Part shown: positions 55,467 through 64,000 of the stretch, piece after piece | Layout of the letters: each line of letters opens with the position of its first letter | How positions within the stretch are numbered: position 1 is the stretch's first letter | Source of the DNA: Deltaproteobacteria bacterium | GTDB lineage: Bacteria; Myxococcota_A; Polyangia; Fen-1088 | Assembly (NCBI GenBank): GCA_033763315.1 | Contig: JANRKS010000002.1 | Span: 384,001-448,000, forward strand | Direction: 5' to 3' | DNA length: 64,000 nucleotides | The notes under the pieces: generated by a model | Told to the model about the DNA's origin: nothing | What the model saw: only the letters and a program-made list of their open reading frames with translations | Database searches by the model: none | Program-made: the position numbers and the translations under genes

Positions 55467-56272
55467 GGTGTCTTCGATGCCACGGTCTCGCGGCGTGCAG
55501 GTGCGTCTGCGCGGACGGGCCACGGCACTTCCACCGTCTCGTCCAAACTAAGCCGCCCTTCGCCCATGTTCATAAGTTTCACTGACACCAAGAGATCGGC
55601 GAATTTCCAGGTAAACGTGCGCGCTTGGTAAAGCGGCAAGGGCAAGGTGATCGCACCTGCGGGCCGACTGGCCGGATCGCCGTAAAGGGAGGTCATGGCT
55701 TGCTTGGCTGCCTCGAACTCGGCAAGCGCTAAACCATCGTCGATGCCATGGAAGCTGCGCGCGTACGAAACGTGCCGCAGCGGGTGTTGGGGGCTATCAA
55801 AAACGAACAACAACCGTCCGCGCGATCGCGCGCGCCTGCGGTCCGTTAGAACATCTGCAGGCACATCACTGCACGAAAGGCGCACCTGAGGGTTCCGCTC
55901 CTTCGGGCTGCGCCGGTAAAGCATGGAAGCGCCCGTCACAGAGTCCAAGCCCTTGGCCTTGGCAGTTTCGACTTCCTGCCGTTTTGCCTCACGCGCTTGC
56001 TGCATCAGCGCCCGTATCGAGGTGTCGGGGCAATCTAGCTGCTTTGCCGCCAGCGTGGCCTTCAAGGTGTCTGCCTTTAGCAGACCAACATCAAATCCCA
56101 GCCCCCGCGACACCGGCGCACGGGCGCCGGCGGCGGGTTCCGAGAAAGCTGGCAATTCATCCACCAGCTTCATCATGCCGGCCATGCGGTATCGGTAATA
56201 GCCATAGGAAGCGGCGGTGAGCACAACCATTGTTGCGCCCACGCCCACCAACGCTTTTTGCCAACGCCGCAT
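55463..56272 (-). CDS. Hypothetical membrane-anchored protein
   Basis: N-terminal TM helix; 269-aa ORF starting 15 bp after the globin gene. Confidence 0.65.
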   Translation of the reverse strand: MRRWQKALVGVGATMVVLTAASYGYYRYRMAGMMKLVDELPAFSEPAAGARAPVSRGLGFDVGLLKADTLKATLAAKQLDCPDTSIRALMQQAREAKRQEVETAKAKGLDSVTGASMLYRRSPKERNPQVRLSCSDVPADVLTDRRRARSRGRLLFVFDSPQHPLRHVSYARSFHGIDDGLALAEFEAAKQAMTSLYGDPASRPAGAITLPLPLYQARTFTWKFADLLVSVKLMNMGEGRLSLDETVEVPWPVRADAPARRETVASKTP

Positions 56273-56287
56273 AGTCGTCCTCGTTCC

Positions 56288-57988
56288 TTATTGTGCCAAA
56301 GCGAACGATCGCAACACCACAGCGCCGCCCAGATCAGCGACCTTGGTTGCCGCGCCCGTGGCGAGGTTCACTGTGTACAAGGCCGACACGCCGCCCACGT
56401 TCAACACAGCGTAGCCGACGTTCATCGGCGGACGAATGTCGAAGCCAGCGTTTGCCGAAGTGTCTACACCCAGCGGACCCACGTCTGCCACGACACCACC
56501 GTTGGGCGAGGGCATACCATCGACGCCGCCGATGCGAACCAACTTGTCGCTGGCGGAATCGATCCCAAACAACGTTGTCACTGTGGCACCGTCGCGGCTG
56601 TTTGTGTAGGCCACTGCCACCACGTTGCCTGCGGGGGAAAGCGCCGTGTCCGTTGCCGCTACGGTTCCCATATCGGGGTGAAGGCGCAGGCTTTGTTCTT
56701 CATCGCTTGTAAGGCGGATGCGATCCACCGTGGGGTTAAAGTCAAAGCCGAACGCTGTGCCTACCAATGCGGGTGTCAAAGGCGTCGTGCCCACCATCGT
56801 CAACGCGCCCGTCGCCGCGTTCACTTCATAAAGCCGGCTGGTGCTGCCGAGCACGTAAAGCTTGCCACCCTTGGGGCGTGTGGTGATGGCCAGCGCGGTT
56901 TCGCCTGAGGCCAACCCGGTGAGTGCCAGCGGGGTGCTGACGGTGCCTGGCGTGGTGACATCAAATTTCACCAGCTTGCTATCGGTGGTTAAGCCATACG
57001 CCAAACCGGCACAACCTGGGCCCGCCACAATGTCGGAGCACAAGGGCGCCAAAGCGCCAAGAATGGCGTTGACGTCGGCGGCGGCCACCGTAGGAAAGTC
57101 GGTGGCAAACGTTGTTTGCAGATCTTCCACCAGAGCGCCGAAGTCGCTGATCAGCAGGCCACGCGCGCCCGCGCCACCCGCGGCAGGATTCGTTAAACCT
57201 TTGTGTGAGGACAGCATGTCGCGGCAGACGGCCGTCTTCGACACGCCCGGTTCACCGTCCACTTCTTTGCCGTACTTCACCGGACCATCGATGCTCGACA
57301 CTTGCCGAACCAAGCAGGTCTTGAGGCGAGGAATCATGGTGGTTCCGAAGAACCCATTGATGCGCACATCCGCGGCCACGCGGCCGACGAAGGCATCAAT
57401 CACTGCGGCCACGGCGGGTTTGCGGCCAACACGCTGGTACACGGTTTTGTTGTTGGTGGGGTCTTCAACGATGTCGGCCTTCATCGGCAACAAGGCGCCG
57501 GCGATGGTGCCGATGTCGGCTGTGCTCACCCCGGCGGCGGTGGCGGCGGCCACAAAATGCCCCACCAGATCGTCGAAGTCGACTTGCGAGATGCCCAAGC
57601 CCTTGTGAGAGTCTTTCATGTTGCGGCAACCGGGAGCTGGGTATTGTTCCGGGCCTCCCGTGGCGTTGCCCAATTGCAGATCCAGGCAGCGGATCACGTT
57701 GCCGCCGTCAACCGTTGAGTTCAAGAAGTAGCCGTTGATCTTCGGATCCTTGAGAACGCGGTTCACAACGAAGTCAGTCACCACGGTGTTGATGCCAGTC
57801 GCTCCCCCCAAGCGTTGGTACAAGGAGGTGGTTGCGTCGCCGCTGCCCGCGTCTGTGTTTGCGGCGGTGTCAGCACCTGGGGCATCGACGCTTGCGTCTA
57901 TGACCACGTTGTCGTCATCATCGTCGCAGCCGCCCAACACGCCGAAGCTCGCCGCAACACCTAGGGCCATCAAGTTCTTCCAGTTCAT
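56288..57988 (-). CDS. Lipoprotein with two group I truncated hemoglobin domains and a DUF4394 propeller
   Basis: Lipobox LGGC; SLYQRLGG...MKDSHKGL and TVYQRVG...MLSSHKGL; FDFNPTVDRIR, AYTNS, GPLGVD (DUF4394). Confidence 0.82.
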   Translation of the reverse strand: MNWKNLMALGVAASFGVLGGCDDDDDNVVIDASVDAPGADTAANTDAGSGDATTSLYQRLGGATGINTVVTDFVVNRVLKDPKINGYFLNSTVDGGNVIRCLDLQLGNATGGPEQYPAPGCRNMKDSHKGLGISQVDFDDLVGHFVAAATAAGVSTADIGTIAGALLPMKADIVEDPTNNKTVYQRVGRKPAVAAVIDAFVGRVAADVRINGFFGTTMIPRLKTCLVRQVSSIDGPVKYGKEVDGEPGVSKTAVCRDMLSSHKGLTNPAAGGAGARGLLISDFGALVEDLQTTFATDFPTVAAADVNAILGALAPLCSDIVAGPGCAGLAYGLTTDSKLVKFDVTTPGTVSTPLALTGLASGETALAITTRPKGGKLYVLGSTSRLYEVNAATGALTMVGTTPLTPALVGTAFGFDFNPTVDRIRLTSDEEQSLRLHPDMGTVAATDTALSPAGNVVAVAYTNSRDGATVTTLFGIDSASDKLVRIGGVDGMPSPNGGVVADVGPLGVDTSANAGFDIRPPMNVGYAVLNVGGVSALYTVNLATGAATKVADLGGAVVLRSFALAQ

Positions 57989-58309
57989 ATACCCACCTCT
58001 GTTTTTCGTTAATCGCCACCTGAGGGGGTGGCGTAGCGGTGTACGCCCGTCGGTGGTTAATGGATCTTCCTGAAGTGCTCTTTTTGTAATGTACCGACAT
58101 CACAGGTGCAGCCCTCCCGTCCCGCCAATCACCGAGCAGCCCTAAAACGCCGCTGTCCTAGCCGCCGCTCTGCAACGTTCGCGCCGTCCAGTCCTGGCGG
58201 GCCATTTTGGTGGAAACGTATTGATTGGCCCGGCGCTGCCGCCGTGGCTGTCAGCAATGCAACCCGGGCTGTGTTACGCAGGGACCTCACTAGCGTTTAA
58301 GGCGGGTGG

Positions 58310-58346
58310 CCTGGGTAACGTTAAGGCAGTGCCTTACGCACTCAGG
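58310..58346. repeat. Long hairpin directly after the ankyrin stop codon (terminator/stabiliser-like)
   Basis: CCTGGGT...TAAGGCA-g-TGCCTTA...ACTCAGG. Confidence 0.5.
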
Positions 58347-58347
58347 T

Positions 58348-59514
58348 TTACGAAGGCAAAACGGATTTCATTTTCTTGAAATCCGGATGCTTTTTCGCCG
58401 CGCTTGTCGCCAAAACTTTCTTCACGTTCGGCATAAAGTCGCAGGCCACGCCTTTGTGCAGTGCCGCAAGCATCAACGTTCCCCATTCAGGATGCGCCAA
58501 AGCGTGCTTCGTCGACAAGATTTCGCCAACAAGATCAGTGGTCACGAAAGCGCCGTCACCCCAAGCGTCGAACATCCCCGCGTCTCCATCGGCACCGAAC
58601 TTCAACGCTTTTCCAAGCTCCCTTTTCGTCGCGGCTCGATAGGTCTCTGAGAGGTCCAAGAGTTCAAGCACAAGTGTTGGCCAGTCCTTGTGTTGGACCG
58701 CAAACTCCGAAGACAGTGTCGCGCGAGCCAGTTTCTCGAGCGTCTCGCGTTTCTTGTAGACCGGGCCAAAATGTTTGCGGACCTTCTTTTCCCAATTCTT
58801 CTGCGCAACGCTTTCTTCGGAGCCGAGCTGCGCAAAGGGATCTTGCGCAAGCGCAGCGCCGGCACCAGCTTGGCCCGTGCGTTCCGCGAACTCAGCCAGC
58901 AGTTTGGTCTCTTGAGGATTGAATTGGCCTTGGGCTTGTTGGCAAAAGATCTTCACCGTCTTCTTGAAGATCGAGAGGTTGCTGCGCACGTCTTTGTCGG
59001 GTTTCTGCCGGAAGAACTCCGCACAGTGAACGGCGCCCTCTAAGCAGCGGGAAAGGATCGTCGCTTTCGTGCGTTTGGGCCATTCGAATCCTGCGGCCAC
59101 GAGAAGAGGTACAGCATCGGGACAGCTGCGTGCGGCGATCCACAGCGGGCCGTCCCCGTGCATGACTTCGGAACGTCCGGCGCCGGCGTCCAACAACACC
59201 CGAACGATGTCAGCCCGCCCAGGCTTAAAAAGCGCGTGAATCAGAGGCCCCCAATACCAACGTTCATTTTGTGCGGCGAGGTTGACGGCACCGCAATCAA
59301 TGAGGATCTTGGCCATCTCTGCGTCATTGGCGCTCACCACTGCGTTCCAACCGATGGGATAACCAGAGTCGGTTTGTAAGCAGGCGGCCACCGCCTCTGG
59401 GTTTTGCAGCAAAGAGCGCAGCCCCACACGGTCCTTCTTCGCAATGTGTGCGAGCACTTTTCGCCTCAAGCCAAAGTCGACGACGCCGGGCCGCTGCGGA
59501 TGTTTCTTGTTCAC
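58348..59514 (-). CDS. Ankyrin-repeat-containing protein
   Basis: EMAKILIDCGAVN, GPLIHA...DIVRVLLDAGA, GPLWIAA...LLVAAG; C-terminal half unassigned. Confidence 0.75.
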   Translation of the reverse strand: MNKKHPQRPGVVDFGLRRKVLAHIAKKDRVGLRSLLQNPEAVAACLQTDSGYPIGWNAVVSANDAEMAKILIDCGAVNLAAQNERWYWGPLIHALFKPGRADIVRVLLDAGAGRSEVMHGDGPLWIAARSCPDAVPLLVAAGFEWPKRTKATILSRCLEGAVHCAEFFRQKPDKDVRSNLSIFKKTVKIFCQQAQGQFNPQETKLLAEFAERTGQAGAGAALAQDPFAQLGSEESVAQKNWEKKVRKHFGPVYKKRETLEKLARATLSSEFAVQHKDWPTLVLELLDLSETYRAATKRELGKALKFGADGDAGMFDAWGDGAFVTTDLVGEILSTKHALAHPEWGTLMLAALHKGVACDFMPNVKKVLATSAAKKHPDFKKMKSVLPS

Positions 59515-59841
59515 GTGCTTGTGTTGTCGCTGTTTGGGTAAGGGGGCGTAAGACGCCCCTACGCAGGGGGCCGCACAACGGTAACACCGCCTAGGTGCCG
59601 GCAGAACCGAAAACGGCTGCGGTTCCTGATGGCTGGATGGACCGGAACCAGCGCGGGAGCGGACGCTAGTTCAGGGGAATAACGGCTCAGTTGCCCGTCC
59701 TCAAAGGGAAGAACCAGTCTGAATTTTGTAAGTACTTGTGGGCGATGTGGGCTCTGCCAAACCTCTCGCAAGAGCGCTGTCGTCCGCGTAATCTAGTTCG
59801 GTTCACTTAACCTGGCTCTTGATTCAAGGAGTTCAACGAGA

Positions 59842-60489
59842 ATGTCACGTTTGCCTTACTCACATCTTTGTGTCGTTTCAGTGGCTTTGATGCTATCCGC
59901 TTGTGGCGGCGACGACGACAGCAAAACTGGCGATGCGGCTGTGACTGCTGATGCCGCTGAATCCGAAACCGGAGGCATCGGTCGTGGACGTGGGGGCGGG
60001 GGATTGGAAGAAGGGGACGGGGGCGTGTTGACGGCCGACGCCACACCAGATGTTCTCGCGGACACCGCCATGGCCAAAGACACGATGTCGATGCCTGATA
60101 CCGCGCCGGCTTGCGTGAAAGCCACCTGTGACGAGATCAATAGCCGATATCAGAATGCTGTTACGGCTGCACAAGGTTGCCGAAGCGCCGCCACTGGCCA
60201 ATGCGGGATCAGTGTCCCGAGCGGACTTTCGTGCGGTTGCAACGTCTGGGTCAACACCGACACGGCCCTAAAGCCAATTGTTAAAGAGTGGGAGGACGCG
60301 AACTGTGGGAAGTGCAGAGGAGTCTGCCCGCTGGTTCTCTGCAGGGCCTTAACCCAAGGTGTCTGCCAGAAGAACGCAACGACCACTGCCGCTTCGATCA
60401 TAGATCCAGTCATCATCAATCCGCCGATCATTATCATCCCGAACGACGGAACTTGCGTGAACAAGTCCGTGGTGATTCAGCCCATCTAG
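59842..60489 (+). CDS. Cys-rich lipoprotein
   Basis: Lipobox LSAC, DAG-type linker and a disulfide-rich C-terminal domain. Confidence 0.75.
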   Translation: MSRLPYSHLCVVSVALMLSACGGDDDSKTGDAAVTADAAESETGGIGRGRGGGGLEEGDGGVLTADATPDVLADTAMAKDTMSMPDTAPACVKATCDEINSRYQNAVTAAQGCRSAATGQCGISVPSGLSCGCNVWVNTDTALKPIVKEWEDANCGKCRGVCPLVLCRALTQGVCQKNATTTAASIIDPVIINPPIIIIPNDGTCVNKSVVIQPI

Positions 60490-60494
60490 CTTTG

Positions 60495-61466
60495 ATGCGG
60501 CCCTCCTCTGACGAGCGGCAACGCCGCGAGCAACAGCTCCTTGAGCGAATCAAGGAGCTGGATCTCGCGCACCGCAATCGTCTCAGCGCCACCGGCGCGG
60601 GGCAAACGTTGTCGCTGCGCTATCTACGCCGGGCGCTCGCGCAGTTTGTGTCACGCCCCGCCGCGCCCACGATGGAGGACCTTGATACCCCAGAGGCCTC
60701 CGCCATGATGGTGAGTCCCGTTGGCCACGCCACCGTGCACATCGTCAGCGCCAAAGCCCGCATCCTCACCGATCCGTGGCTTTCGCAATTTCTCTACGGC
60801 CTTCGCCGTTCCACCGCGCCCGCGATCACGCCGACCGATCTCGCCCGTGTGACGTGCATCTTGATCTCGCATGGCCACCGCGATCATCTGCACCCGCCTT
60901 CGCTGCAGCGTTTGCCTAAAGACGCGGTAGTCATCGCGCCACCGGGCTTCGCCCGCGATCTTTCACGTCTTGGCTTTCCGCAGGTCGTTGAACTTGGCGC
61001 CGATGAATCATGCCAGCACGGTGACGTCACCATCACCGCCGTGCCCGCCCGCCACGAAGGTGGCAATGGCAAACAATCAAGCGCCAACGGCTACATCATT
61101 CAAGCGCCCGAGGTCGCTGTGTTCTTCGCGGGCGATACCGGCTACTTCTCAGGCTTTTCCGACATCGGGCGCCGCTTTCGCCCCGACCTCGCTTTGCTGC
61201 CCATCAGCGGCTACTCACCGCTGCCCCTGCGGGCCACGCATATGTCCCCGCTCGACGCCGCGTACGCCCTCGAGGATCTGGACGCCAAGGTGCTTGTGCC
61301 CATTTCCTACGGCATTGTCCCGCTTGGCTACGAACCGCTTGACGAGCCCCCACGGTGGTTGCGGGCCGCTTGTGAATCCCGCGGCTTGCTCGACCGCCTG
61401 GCGATGCTCGGCCCCGGCGAGCGCCTCACCGTTCGTCGGACGCCTGCGGCGAGCGTGGTGGCGTAA
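60495..61466 (+). CDS. MBL-fold metallohydrolase (UlaG/NAPE-PLD-like)
   Basis: GHATV, TDPW, ISHGHRDHL, PARH, FAGDTGY, LLPI, HMSP. Confidence 0.88.
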   Translation: MRPSSDERQRREQQLLERIKELDLAHRNRLSATGAGQTLSLRYLRRALAQFVSRPAAPTMEDLDTPEASAMMVSPVGHATVHIVSAKARILTDPWLSQFLYGLRRSTAPAITPTDLARVTCILISHGHRDHLHPPSLQRLPKDAVVIAPPGFARDLSRLGFPQVVELGADESCQHGDVTITAVPARHEGGNGKQSSANGYIIQAPEVAVFFAGDTGYFSGFSDIGRRFRPDLALLPISGYSPLPLRATHMSPLDAAYALEDLDAKVLVPISYGIVPLGYEPLDEPPRWLRAACESRGLLDRLAMLGPGERLTVRRTPAASVVA

Positions 61467-61575
61467 GCCGCCCCGGTGACGCCCCGCCTCGTGCCAGCCT
61501 GCTTGAATTGACCTGCTCGTCGCCTTTACGCGGCTTCCCTGGTCCGATAGAGTCCGCCGGCTTCCCCCAATTATC

Positions 61576-63981
61576 ATGAGCTTGCAGGCCATCATCGACC
61601 GCCTTCGTCGTGTCCCAACCGTCTTTTGGGCCACGTTATTCGCGATACTTCTCGTCCTGCCCGGTTTGGGCAGCTTTGGATTTTGGGACCCGTGGGAATT
61701 GTCGCTGGCTGAACGCGCCCGCGAGATCTCGGAAAGTGGAGCGCTTGGCGATGTGACGTTGGCCGGCCGGTACGCCGCGCGGCCGCCCTTCGATTTGGCG
61801 ATCAACGCGCTGGGCATGAAGCTGTTTGGCGCCAGTGAATGGGGCGGGCGTTTGCTGCAAGGGTTGGTCGCCGTTGGCGCCCTGTTGGCTGTTTATTGGG
61901 CGGGCCTGGGCCTGTTGCGCCGCCGGGGCGCGCTGCTTTCGGTGCTGGTGCTCGGCACGATGCCCTTGTTTTTTCTGCAAGCGCGGCAGCTCACCTCAGA
62001 TATGGGGCTCACCTTCGCGCTGGCGCTTTCTTTCGGTGGTCTTGGCCGTTATGCCTGGCCCGCGGCAGGGCAGCGTCGCTGGTCCGACCTTCTGGTGGGA
62101 GCGATCGGCTTGGTGGTTGGCGCTCTGGCCGGCGGAGCGCTGCTCGGCGTGGCTTTGCCGTGTTTGTCACTCCTGGGTGTGTTTTTGGCGGCCGGGTCAC
62201 TTGTGCCGGCCGATCCCTCCGTGGCTTCGTCCAGTGAAACGGGCGCCTTGTTCACCGCGCCCGGTGTGGGTCGCGATGTGCCTGCGGGCGTCAGCCTCGG
62301 CCGCAGCTTGTTTGTTCAGGGCGCCCGGGGACGCCTTCCGCTGGCTTTGCTGATTCTGGTGGGCGTCGCCGCGATGGTGATGGCCTTGGGTGGCGGCAAT
62401 GTTGTGGGGCAATACAGCCCTTGGTTAGGCGGCGCCCCGCGCGGAGGCACGCCACCGCAGCTGTTTGATTACTTCGTCAAGCAAATCGGCTTTGGCACGT
62501 TTCCGTGGAGCGCCTTGGCTGTCTTCGCGTTGGGGCGCGCGCTGGTGCGTGGCCTTTCGTCCGAAGGCGAAGGTGGTGCCGATGCGCGGGCGCGTGAGGC
62601 GTTTGTGGATTCGTATTGGCTCGTCTGCACCGGCTTCGCGTTTGCGATCTCCACTGTGTTTGTGCTGATGGTGGGCGACGCGCGGTTTGCGGCGTTGGCA
62701 CCGATTGCGTGGGCCTTGGGTGGCTTCCTTGATGAAGCGCTTGAGGCAGAGCGCCCGCAACCCGTCTTGGGCTTATTGGCCGCCACCGGAACCATGATCT
62801 TGGCGCGGGATTTCAAGCTTGTGCCCGAGGATCTGTTTTCAGTGCATCTGCTCGAGACGCTGAAGTGGCCGCCCACCTTGAAGGTCGGCATGGCGCCACT
62901 CGTCGCTGGCCTCGTTGTTGCGGGAGGCACGTATTTGGGCCTCGCTTTGCGAAACCGCAGCTTGGCAGGGTGGGTGCCTGCAAGTTCGTTGGACGCAGCG
63001 AATACGCAAACGACCGTCGCAAAACTCTACGCGCGCGTCTCGTTGTGGGTCGTCAGCGCCAGCCGCTACGGCATCCATGTGGCCATCGCGGGCGCGCTGC
63101 TGTTTGCGTTCGGCGTTTCACATGTTTTGGTGCCCCACCTATCCAAACATTACTCCTTTAAACCCGTATTCGAATCGCTGTTGCGCTTCTCAAAGCCCGG
63201 CGATCCCTTTGGTCGCTACCGCGTGCAAGGCCACGGCATTCAGTTTTATACGGCCCGCCAAATGACGGACATTCCGTCGCAAGACAAGCTCATCGAATTC
63301 TTTCAGCGCAATCCCCGCGCTTTTTGCTTGGTGGCGAACGACGATTTGGCCGCGCTTGACGCCGCATTCAAAGTGGCCGGTGTTTCGTACTTCGTGCTTG
63401 ATGCGTCTTCGAGCCGCTTCTTGTTGTTATCGAATGTCCTTGATGGGCAAACGGATCAGAACCCGCTCAAGCGCAACGTGTGGGTGGCCCCTTCGCCGCC
63501 CGTGCCCGTATCGGAGCCCGGCTCGGCCAACGTGACCTACAAGTGGCCTGACGAGCGGCCTCCCTGGTCGTGGCCCGTAAAGCTAAACACGGTCTTCCAG
63601 GACGCGGTTGAGCTGATAGGCGCCGACTTTCCATCCTCGTTGCGCCGCCCGGGAAAAATCGGTCTCACGCTTTACTTTCGCGTTATCAAACGCCCCGCGC
63701 CCGGGTTTAAGATGTTTGTACACGTGGACATCCCGGGGCACCCACGCCTCATCGGTGACCACGAACCCTTGCAAGGCGCTTTCCCCACCTCGTACTGGTT
63801 GCCAGGCGAATACATCCGCGACTTCACAGAAATCGATGTGCCTCTCATGACAACGATGGCAGGAACGTACACGGCGTATGTCGGCTTCTGGCCGGGTGGC
63901 GAATCGCAACGTTGGCGGATCACGTCCGGTCCCAATGATGGTGCCGACCGCGCCTTGCTCGGTACCATCCAGATCCGTTGA
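61576..63981 (+). CDS. GT-C glycosyltransferase (ArnT/PMT family) with a C-terminal periplasmic domain
   Basis: GFWDPWE..AERARE, RPP, FGASEWGGR, ARQLTSDM, many TM helices; C-terminal FVH...DH.P..G.FPTSYWLPGEYIRD. Confidence 0.8.
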   Translation: MSLQAIIDRLRRVPTVFWATLFAILLVLPGLGSFGFWDPWELSLAERAREISESGALGDVTLAGRYAARPPFDLAINALGMKLFGASEWGGRLLQGLVAVGALLAVYWAGLGLLRRRGALLSVLVLGTMPLFFLQARQLTSDMGLTFALALSFGGLGRYAWPAAGQRRWSDLLVGAIGLVVGALAGGALLGVALPCLSLLGVFLAAGSLVPADPSVASSSETGALFTAPGVGRDVPAGVSLGRSLFVQGARGRLPLALLILVGVAAMVMALGGGNVVGQYSPWLGGAPRGGTPPQLFDYFVKQIGFGTFPWSALAVFALGRALVRGLSSEGEGGADARAREAFVDSYWLVCTGFAFAISTVFVLMVGDARFAALAPIAWALGGFLDEALEAERPQPVLGLLAATGTMILARDFKLVPEDLFSVHLLETLKWPPTLKVGMAPLVAGLVVAGGTYLGLALRNRSLAGWVPASSLDAANTQTTVAKLYARVSLWVVSASRYGIHVAIAGALLFAFGVSHVLVPHLSKHYSFKPVFESLLRFSKPGDPFGRYRVQGHGIQFYTARQMTDIPSQDKLIEFFQRNPRAFCLVANDDLAALDAAFKVAGVSYFVLDASSSRFLLLSNVLDGQTDQNPLKRNVWVAPSPPVPVSEPGSANVTYKWPDERPPWSWPVKLNTVFQDAVELIGADFPSSLRRPGKIGLTLYFRVIKRPAPGFKMFVHVDIPGHPRLIGDHEPLQGAFPTSYWLPGEYIRDFTEIDVPLMTTMAGTYTAYVGFWPGGESQRWRITSGPNDGADRALLGTIQIR

Positions 63982-64000
63982 ACCGCTGCCCACCGTAGGT

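Noticed and set aside
59540-59760. 6S RNA, SRP RNA or cobalamin riboswitch
   Set aside because: Fragments such as TCCCCTGAAC and AAGGGAA are suggestive, but end-to-end pairing and the conserved cores could not be found.

Overview
GC-rich bacterial chromosomal window of about 50 genes. Gene content points to a myxobacterium (Myxococcota; inferred from Glt-like TPR genes, DUF1552, a Ser/Thr kinase with an FHA-sigma54 activator, RCC1 repeats and many DAG-linker lipoproteins). Left to right: (1) LacI-controlled sugar ABC transporter with two visible operators; (2) gltC-D-E-F-G-x-gltH-like envelope cluster followed by a CobW GTPase, rhomboid, small atypical c-heme lipoprotein, SH3/beta-barrel and DUF4266/DUF3570 genes; (3) uvrC and an orphan DUF1552; (4) carbohydrate enzymes (GH28, GH13, Cip1-like, GH6) with zwf; (5) a secreted peptide built of four CDGKxKKS repeats next to a Cys-rich CWC gene; (6) rsgA; (7) an exported operon of two hydrazine-synthase-alpha (HzsA)-like heme lipoproteins flanking a secreted HEAT protein, followed by a PHP hydrolase; (8) kinase-TPR-RCC1 genes, an FHA-sigma54 activator and a GGDEF gene; (9) an isomerase/hydrolase operon; (10) a tandem truncated-globin/DUF4394 lipoprotein; (11) ankyrin, MBL-fold and GT-C genes. 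I recognised no rRNA, tRNA, CRISPR array or transposase. The best novelty candidates are the HzsA-like/HEAT/atypical-multiheme operon, the CDGKxKKS repeat peptide and the exported double globin. All family calls come from recognising motifs by eye; no database search was run.
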